This document shows positions 56,975 to 64,000 of a DNA stretch of 64,000 nucleotides, one piece after another. The DNA lies in contig BK006949.2 of the NCBI GenBank assembly GCA_000146045.2, positions 800,001-864,000 on the forward strand, given 5' to 3'. The position numbers and the translations under genes are program-made. Source of the stretch: TPA_inf: Saccharomyces. Taxonomy: Eukaryota. The notes beneath the pieces were generated by a model, which did no database searches, had not been told where the DNA came from, and saw only the letters and a list, made by a program, of their open reading frames with translations. Numbering within the stretch: position 1 is the stretch's first letter; each line of letters opens with the position of its first letter.

Positions 56975-57582
56975 TTTTAATTTTTGATTATGGAATACAA
57001 AATGTATATTTCGTATAAAATTATCTTTATTGTTTTTGTGGCTTAGTGATTTTCATTCCCCTCTTTTCTTTTTCCTCTCAGCCTGCAAGTGTGACGCGAT
57101 CTGAAAGGCGTTTTACCCGCAAAACGCCAAAGAATCATCCTGAAGCGGTAAATTCTAGACTTCAGATCACATACGCTCTATTTGGACAGTTTTTTTTTTT
57201 TTTTCATATTCCTGATCAGATGAAAGTTAACGCTATTTTTGGTGAAAACACAGAATAAAACAGCTTCTGATAAAATTTAACTAGGAACGTCGAAAACAAC
57301 AACCGTTAAAATATTTTTAGCTTACAGAAGCACTTAAGAATCACTAACGTTTTCTTCTTTTTTTATTTTCAGTCCAAAGCTTTCGTATTGCTGCAAGTGC
57401 TCGAGAAAGCTGCATATTGTTATTGTATTCGTCCTCTCGTACTAGTGTTCATTACTTTATCGTCTATAAATATATTGTTGTTAGAATTTTTCTACTAAGG
57501 CAAGTTAGTAGTTGCACAACATTTCTCTCGTTAAATCATCTAAAGTTTACAGAATAGGTATACCACTCACTCCTTTACTCTA

Positions 57583-59745
57583 ATGCCTTTGAGAAATCTA
57601 ACTGAAACGCACAACTTTAGTAGCACAAACCTGGACACAGATGGTACAGGCGACGATCATGATGGTGCTCCTCTTTCCTCATCTCCTTCTTTTGGACAAC
57701 AAAATGACAATAGCACCAACGATAATGCTGGTCTCACAAACCCTTTTATGGGGAGTGACGAAGAATCTAATGCGCGGGATGGAGAATCTCTGTCTTCTTC
57801 TGTTCATTATCAGCCACAGGGGAGTGACTCTTCACTACTTCATGACAATTCTCGTCTAGATCTAAGTCAAAATAAAGGTGTATCTGATTACAAAGGTTAC
57901 TATTCCAGGAACAATAGTAGAGCTGTGAGTACGGCTAATGATAACTCATTTCTTCAGCCACCACATAGAGCTATAGCCTCTTCTCCTTCTTTGAATTCTA
58001 ATTTATCGAAGAATGATATTCTCTCACCGCCAGAATTTGATAGATATCCCTTAGTGGGTTCCAGAGTCACTTCTATGACTCAACTGAACCATCATGGTCG
58101 CTCGCCAACATCATCTCCAGGAAACGAGTCGTCCGCCTCATTCTCTTCTAATCCGTTTTTGGGCGAGCAAGATTTTTCTCCATTTGGTGGGTATCCTGCT
58201 TCATCGTTCCCACTTATGATAGATGAAAAGGAAGAAGATGATTATTTACACAATCCTGACCCCGAAGAAGAGGCAAGACTGGATAGAAGGAGGTTCATAG
58301 ATGACTTCAAGTACATGGATAAAAGGTCTGCTAGTGGGCTAGCTGGTGTATTGCTCTTGTTTCTGGCAGCCATCTTTATTTTTATTGTTTTGCCAGCGTT
58401 GACCTTTACCGGTGCTATTGATCACGAAAGCAACACTGAAGAAGTTACATATTTAACTCAATACCAATATCCTCAACTATCCGCCATTAGAACATCTCTG
58501 GTTGACCCAGACACACCTGATACAGCGAAGACAAGAGAAGCTATGGATGGCTCTAAGTGGGAATTAGTATTTTCTGATGAGTTTAATGCAGAAGGCAGAA
58601 CATTTTATGATGGGGATGATCCATACTGGACAGCCCCTGATGTTCACTATGATGCTACTAAGGATTTAGAATGGTACAGTCCAGACGCTTCCACAACTGT
58701 GAACGGAACCTTGCAGCTGAGAATGGATGCCTTTAAGAACCATGGCTTATATTACAGATCAGGTATGTTGCAGAGTTGGAATAAGGTTTGTTTCACGCAG
58801 GGTGCTCTAGAAATCTCTGCAAATCTACCAAATTATGGCCGTGTTTCAGGTTTGTGGCCCGGTCTTTGGACTATGGGTAATTTAGGGAGGCCCGGTTATT
58901 TGGCTAGTACCCAAGGTGTCTGGCCTTATTCTTATGAATCGTGTGATGCTGGTATTACACCCAACCAAAGTTCCCCGGATGGTATTTCTTACTTGCCGGG
59001 ACAAAAGTTAAGTATTTGTACTTGTGATGGTGAAGATCATCCGAATCAAGGTGTTGGTAGAGGAGCTCCAGAAATTGATGTTTTGGAAGGTGAAACTGAT
59101 ACTAAGATTGGTGTAGGTATAGCCTCTCAATCCTTGCAAATTGCACCTTTTGATATCTGGTACATGCCTGACTATGATTTTATCGAGGTTTACAATTTCA
59201 CAACAACGACCATGAACACTTATGCTGGCGGTCCATTTCAACAAGCCGTATCTGCTGTCTCAACTTTGAACGTAACTTGGTATGAATTCGGTGAGTACGG
59301 TGGCTACTTTCAAAAATATGCCATTGAGTATCTGAACGATGACGACAATGGTTATATCCGTTGGTTTGTTGGTGATACTCCAACTTATACTATTCATGCT
59401 AAAGCCTTACATCCTGATGGTAATATTGGTTGGAGAAGAATCAGTAAAGAACCAATGTCGATTATTCTAAATCTGGGTATTTCCAACAATTGGGCTTATA
59501 TTGATTGGCAGTATATTTTCTTCCCAGTGGTTATGTCGATTGACTATGTTAGAATATACCAACCAAGTAATGCTATATCCGTGACATGCGATCCAAGTGA
59601 CTATCCAACATATGATTATATTCAATCGCACTTAAATGCATTCCAGAATGCAAACTTAACTACTTGGGAAGATGCTGGTTACACGTTCCCTAAGAATATC
59701 CTAACTGGTAAATGTACTAGCTCGAAGTTCAAGTTATCCTCTTAA
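57583..59745 (+). CDS. KRE6: Type II membrane glycoside-hydrolase-family-16-like protein required for beta-1,6-glucan synthesis (720 aa)
   Basis: Ser-rich cytoplasmic N-terminus, a single TM (LAGVLLLFLAAIFIFIVLPAL) and a luminal GH16-like domain. Length 720 aa. Confidence 0.85.
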   Translation: MPLRNLTETHNFSSTNLDTDGTGDDHDGAPLSSSPSFGQQNDNSTNDNAGLTNPFMGSDEESNARDGESLSSSVHYQPQGSDSSLLHDNSRLDLSQNKGVSDYKGYYSRNNSRAVSTANDNSFLQPPHRAIASSPSLNSNLSKNDILSPPEFDRYPLVGSRVTSMTQLNHHGRSPTSSPGNESSASFSSNPFLGEQDFSPFGGYPASSFPLMIDEKEEDDYLHNPDPEEEARLDRRRFIDDFKYMDKRSASGLAGVLLLFLAAIFIFIVLPALTFTGAIDHESNTEEVTYLTQYQYPQLSAIRTSLVDPDTPDTAKTREAMDGSKWELVFSDEFNAEGRTFYDGDDPYWTAPDVHYDATKDLEWYSPDASTTVNGTLQLRMDAFKNHGLYYRSGMLQSWNKVCFTQGALEISANLPNYGRVSGLWPGLWTMGNLGRPGYLASTQGVWPYSYESCDAGITPNQSSPDGISYLPGQKLSICTCDGEDHPNQGVGRGAPEIDVLEGETDTKIGVGIASQSLQIAPFDIWYMPDYDFIEVYNFTTTTMNTYAGGPFQQAVSAVSTLNVTWYEFGEYGGYFQKYAIEYLNDDDNGYIRWFVGDTPTYTIHAKALHPDGNIGWRRISKEPMSIILNLGISNNWAYIDWQYIFFPVVMSIDYVRIYQPSNAISVTCDPSDYPTYDYIQSHLNAFQNANLTTWEDAGYTFPKNILTGKCTSSKFKLSS

Positions 59746-60378
59746 GCGGGTATTTTGATGGTAAATCTACAAGCCCTCGGCTTTAATTATTACCATGGTC
59801 ATAAAAAGTTACTTACAATGCATACATTTTTCTTTTAGGAAGAAATAAAATATAAAAGACTTATCGTTCAAATCGGGTCATAAAGGGAACTAAAGGTATA
59901 CTAAGGTAAGACGGGGTTCTCATCTGCACGTAATTTTTTATTATTTTTAGTGAGGGAGAACTTTACCTCTAAGATTGTTTATATAGGTATACACATTTTT
60001 GTAAAACTGATTATTCGTTTTTTTTTTTGAAACAAGTTATTAGTACAAAAATCAAGCTCTCACTACTTACCAGTAGTTATTTTAGTAGAATATTATTAAC
60101 TCTACCGAATAAGTACGATATGAGAAATTGCTGATTTACTTGTGTGTGTTCCTATTATTATCCAGGAGCGCCTCTAATCTATGCTTATAATTTTACGTTG
60201 AAAAAAAAGGAGTCTGTATAATTATTTCAAATTCATCCTTTTCTCACGGATATTGTGTACCCTATGAGGTAAATAATTGCGCTTTATTTTCTCCCTGTGT
60301 TTGCTCGCTCATCTTAAGACGAAAAAAGTAATGGAACACCTACCATCAATAGAAGTACCACACTCATGTAAATAACAA

Positions 60379-60449
60379 GCGCAAGTGGTTTAGTGGTAAA
60401 ATCCAACGTTGCCATCGTTGGGCCCCCGGTTCGATTCCGGGCTTGCGCA
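60379..60449 (+). tRNA. tRNA-Gly (anticodon GCC)
   Basis: 71-nt sequence GCGCAAGTGGTTTAGTGGTAAAATCCAACGTTGCCATCGTTGGGCCCCCGGTTCGATTCCGGGCTTGCGCA. The acceptor stem pairs (GCGCAAG/CTTGCGC). A T-run follows. Confidence 0.93.
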
Positions 60450-60760
60450 GATTTTATTTTTTGCTCCCTTCTAAAGCTCTGGATGATTCACCAACTTATC
60501 CAAGGCAAGGTCCAACTACCGTTTCCTTCGATGAAAAAGACAATAGGTAGCTCTGTCAAACCCCGTGGAAACGCAAACTCATCGGGAGTGTCCTACTGCT
60601 TTCCACTAGTTATCCGACTAGCAAGGCAACTAGTCAAGATGAAACCGTCTCACGAACATTTGTATACGATCTCTTCTCCTGATAGACAATGAAATATACC
60701 CCGGTGCTTGTTTCCCACTAAGGAAAAAAGGCCGCTGCCCCACAGCGGGAAGGCCCTTCA

Positions 60761-60984
60761 AGGGGTAGCGGCATCGCCTAGTAGCACTGTGGGGGGAAGA
60801 ATACAACGCTCAACGGAAGAGGAAGCTCTGCGAGATGCAGCCAGCACCTTCTATGTTTCAAGGATAACATTTTGAATTAACAAGGAACGCCTTCCCCAAT
60901 TACCGTTATTGTATTTTTACTTTTTAGAGACTCTCGAGGAAATAAGTAAGGGGTGGATAATTTTCGCTAAAAAAGTTTCAGGGG
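60761..60984. promoter_or_regulatory. Three STRE cores (AGGGG at 60761-60765, 60949-60953 and 60980-60984) in the GPH1 upstream region
   Basis: Msn2/4-type stress response elements lie 320-550 bp upstream of the GPH1 ATG. GPH1 is a known STRE/HOG-regulated gene. Confidence 0.5.
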
Positions 60985-61305
60985 AGGTTAATAACTACCA
61001 TGTGCATGCTACAAAGATAAGGAAGGAACACCGACGAATATATTATATGTATAAAAGGAGCATGAAGTTTGTATAGCAGTAAAGCAAGATTCTTTGTGCC
61101 TTCCCGTTTCTTGTTGTACCTTTTGTTTTGATTACGTACGAAGTATTATAAGTTTTTTCTGCTTGCTATTGTAATATAAAGTAAGCACAGATTGAGAAGG
61201 TAACGATTACTAAAAATATCCAAAAGAAAAACAATTGGATCTTTTTTGACTTCTCTACATTACAATTTCAGTAAAGCAGCTTTCAACTTAATTTAATTTT
61301 GAACA

Positions 61306-64000
61306 ATGCCGCCAGCTAGTACTAGTACTACCAATGATATGATAACCGAAGAACCTACTTCTCCACACCAAATCCCAAGGCTTACAAGGAGACTTACGGG
61401 GTTTCTTCCCCAAGAAATCAAGTCAATTGACACGATGATTCCTTTAAAGTCAAGAGCGTTATGGAATAAGCATCAAGTCAAAAAATTTAACAAGGCAGAA
61501 GATTTTCAAGATAGATTCATTGACCATGTGGAAACTACATTAGCACGTTCCCTATATAATTGTGATGACATGGCTGCTTATGAAGCTGCTTCGATGAGTA
61601 TTCGTGACAATTTGGTCATTGACTGGAACAAAACTCAGCAGAAATTCACCACAAGAGACCCAAAGAGAGTTTACTATTTGTCTTTGGAGTTTTTGATGGG
61701 TAGGGCTTTGGATAATGCCCTGATTAATATGAAGATTGAAGATCCGGAAGACCCTGCTGCCTCAAAGGGAAAACCAAGAGAAATGATTAAAGGGGCTTTG
61801 GATGATTTAGGTTTCAAGTTAGAGGATGTCTTGGACCAAGAACCGGACGCAGGTTTAGGTAATGGTGGTCTAGGTCGTCTTGCAGCTTGCTTCGTCGACT
61901 CAATGGCAACGGAAGGCATCCCTGCCTGGGGTTATGGTCTACGTTATGAGTATGGTATCTTTGCTCAAAAGATTATTGACGGTTACCAGGTGGAAACTCC
62001 AGATTACTGGTTAAATTCTGGTAATCCATGGGAAATTGAACGTAACGAAGTGCAAATTCCTGTCACCTTTTATGGTTATGTTGATAGACCAGAAGGCGGT
62101 AAAACTACACTGAGTGCGTCACAATGGATCGGTGGGGAAAGAGTTCTTGCTGTCGCGTATGATTTCCCAGTTCCGGGTTTCAAGACTTCCAATGTAAATA
62201 ACTTAAGACTATGGCAAGCAAGGCCAACAACAGAATTTGATTTTGCAAAATTCAATAATGGTGACTATAAAAACTCTGTGGCTCAGCAACAACGCGCAGA
62301 GTCTATAACCGCTGTGTTGTATCCAAACGATAACTTTGCTCAAGGTAAGGAGTTGAGGTTGAAACAGCAGTACTTCTGGTGTGCTGCATCCTTACACGAC
62401 ATCTTAAGAAGATTCAAAAAATCCAAGAGGCCATGGACTGAATTTCCTGACCAAGTGGCTATTCAGTTGAATGATACTCATCCAACTTTAGCCATCGTTG
62501 AATTACAGAGAGTTTTGGTCGATCTAGAAAAACTAGATTGGCACGAGGCTTGGGACATCGTGACCAAGACTTTTGCTTATACTAACCACACTGTTATGCA
62601 AGAGGCCCTGGAAAAATGGCCCGTCGGCCTCTTTGGCCATTTGCTACCCAGACATTTGGAAATTATATATGATATCAACTGGTTCTTCTTGCAAGATGTG
62701 GCCAAAAAATTCCCCAAGGATGTTGATCTTTTGTCTCGTATATCCATCATCGAAGAAAACTCTCCAGAAAGACAGATCAGAATGGCCTTTTTGGCTATTG
62801 TTGGTTCACACAAGGTTAATGGTGTTGCTGAATTGCACTCTGAATTAATCAAAACGACCATATTTAAAGATTTTGTCAAGTTCTATGGTCCATCAAAGTT
62901 TGTCAATGTCACTAACGGTATCACACCAAGGAGATGGTTGAAGCAAGCTAACCCTTCATTGGCTAAACTGATCAGTGAAACCCTTAACGATCCAACAGAG
63001 GAGTATTTGTTGGACATGGCCAAACTGACCCAGTTGGGAAAATATGTTGAAGATAAGGAGTTTTTGAAAAAATGGAACCAAGTCAAGCTTAATAATAAGA
63101 TCAGATTAGTAGATTTAATCAAAAAGGAAAATGATGGAGTAGACATCATTAACAGAGAGTATTTGGACGACACCTTGTTTGATATGCAAGTTAAACGTAT
63201 TCATGAATATAAGCGTCAACAGCTAAACGTCTTTGGTATTATATACCGTTACCTGGCAATGAAGAATATGCTGAAGAACGGTGCTTCGATCGAAGAAGTT
63301 GCCAAGAAATATCCACGCAAGGTTTCAATCTTTGGTGGTAAGAGTGCTCCTGGTTACTACATGGCTAAGCTGATCATAAAATTGATCAACTGTGTTGCTG
63401 ACATTGTTAATAACGACGAGTCAATTGAGCATTTGTTGAAGGTTGTCTTTGTTGCTGATTATAATGTTTCTAAGGCTGAAATCATTATTCCAGCAAGTGA
63501 CTTGAGTGAGCATATTTCTACTGCTGGTACTGAAGCGTCTGGTACTTCTAATATGAAGTTTGTTATGAACGGTGGTTTGATTATTGGTACTGTTGATGGT
63601 GCCAATGTGGAAATCACAAGGGAAATTGGTGAAGATAATGTCTTCTTGTTTGGTAACCTAAGTGAAAATGTCGAAGAATTGAGATACAACCATCAATACC
63701 ATCCACAAGATTTACCATCTAGTTTGGATTCTGTTTTATCCTACATTGAAAGTGGACAATTTTCTCCAGAAAATCCAAATGAATTCAAACCTTTAGTCGA
63801 CAGTATTAAGTACCACGGCGATTATTACCTGGTCAGTGATGACTTTGAATCCTATCTGGCCACCCATGAATTAGTGGACCAGGAGTTCCACAATCAAAGG
63901 TCAGAATGGTTAAAAAAGAGTGTCCTGAGCGTTGCAAACGTCGGCTTCTTTAGCAGTGATCGTTGTATCGAGGAATACTCCGATACCATTTGGAACGTTG
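61306..64000 (+). CDS. GPH1: Glycogen phosphorylase; 5' 898 codons, with the gene continuing past the window end
   Basis: ATG at 61306 with an open frame to the window edge. The pyridoxal-phosphate Lys motif EASGTSNMKF is at about 63530-63560. The N-terminal regulatory RRLTGF carries the Thr phosphosite. Confidence 0.92.
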   Translation, partial: MPPASTSTTNDMITEEPTSPHQIPRLTRRLTGFLPQEIKSIDTMIPLKSRALWNKHQVKKFNKAEDFQDRFIDHVETTLARSLYNCDDMAAYEAASMSIRDNLVIDWNKTQQKFTTRDPKRVYYLSLEFLMGRALDNALINMKIEDPEDPAASKGKPREMIKGALDDLGFKLEDVLDQEPDAGLGNGGLGRLAACFVDSMATEGIPAWGYGLRYEYGIFAQKIIDGYQVETPDYWLNSGNPWEIERNEVQIPVTFYGYVDRPEGGKTTLSASQWIGGERVLAVAYDFPVPGFKTSNVNNLRLWQARPTTEFDFAKFNNGDYKNSVAQQQRAESITAVLYPNDNFAQGKELRLKQQYFWCAASLHDILRRFKKSKRPWTEFPDQVAIQLNDTHPTLAIVELQRVLVDLEKLDWHEAWDIVTKTFAYTNHTVMQEALEKWPVGLFGHLLPRHLEIIYDINWFFLQDVAKKFPKDVDLLSRISIIEENSPERQIRMAFLAIVGSHKVNGVAELHSELIKTTIFKDFVKFYGPSKFVNVTNGITPRRWLKQANPSLAKLISETLNDPTEEYLLDMAKLTQLGKYVEDKEFLKKWNQVKLNNKIRLVDLIKKENDGVDIINREYLDDTLFDMQVKRIHEYKRQQLNVFGIIYRYLAMKNMLKNGASIEEVAKKYPRKVSIFGGKSAPGYYMAKLIIKLINCVADIVNNDESIEHLLKVVFVADYNVSKAEIIIPASDLSEHISTAGTEASGTSNMKFVMNGGLIIGTVDGANVEITREIGEDNVFLFGNLSENVEELRYNHQYHPQDLPSSLDSVLSYIESGQFSPENPNEFKPLVDSIKYHGDYYLVSDDFESYLATHELVDQEFHNQRSEWLKKSVLSVANVGFFSSDRCIEEYSDTIWNV

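Noticed and set aside
1-64000. Search for CRISPR arrays, prokaryotic operons or defence-island-like organisation
   Set aside because: The sequence is eukaryotic: a spliceosomal intron, Pol III tRNA genes with A/B boxes and T-run terminators, Ty LTR retrotransposons, monocistronic genes with AT-rich promoters. No direct-repeat/spacer arrays are present.

Overview
This window matches a well-characterised stretch of the Saccharomyces cerevisiae chromosome XVI right arm, roughly YPR135W (CTF4, 3' part) through YPR160W (GPH1, 5' part). I assign this from recognised protein motifs and gene order, not from a database search. About 20 nuclear protein-coding genes are present, each supported by a diagnostic motif where I could find one, plus four Pol III tRNA genes (Asn-GUU, Ile-AAU, Ala-AGC, Gly-GCC).

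The dynamic part of the window is retrotransposon content. There are three full-length, apparently intact Ty1 elements with Gag (TYA) and Gag-Pol (TYB) open and CTTAGGC +1 frameshift sites present. All three lie upstream of tRNA genes. Each one sits inside an older LTR: two inside diverged solo delta elements and one inside a Ty3 sigma element located 16 bp upstream of tRNA-Ala. In each case I can read a clean 5-bp target-site duplication directly: AATTA, GAAAT and CAAAA. Two of the Ty1 copies are tail-to-tail only 288 bp apart, forming a roughly 12-kb quasi-palindrome. The three copies are mosaics of one another, with Ty1-type versus Ty2-type LTR U3 regions, a variable integrase C-terminal segment and a variable 3' end of pol.

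I do not see evidence for a novel or undescribed biological system. The more useful observations are structural (nested Ty/LTR insertions, an inverted Ty pair as a candidate fragile site) and annotational:
- YPR153W has a 5-nt first exon that the ORF track misses.
- The ORF-track starts for MEP3 and RRP15 are TTG, so the real ATG starts lie downstream.
- Expected regulon motifs appear at MEP3 (GATAAG cluster), NOC4, RRP9 and RRP15 (PAC and RRPE), ASN1 (Gcn4 TGACTCA, CCAAT, TATA), GPH1 (three STREs) and CUR1 (HSE).

Note that the supplied ORF track treats TTG as a start codon, so several of its first methionines are not ATG.
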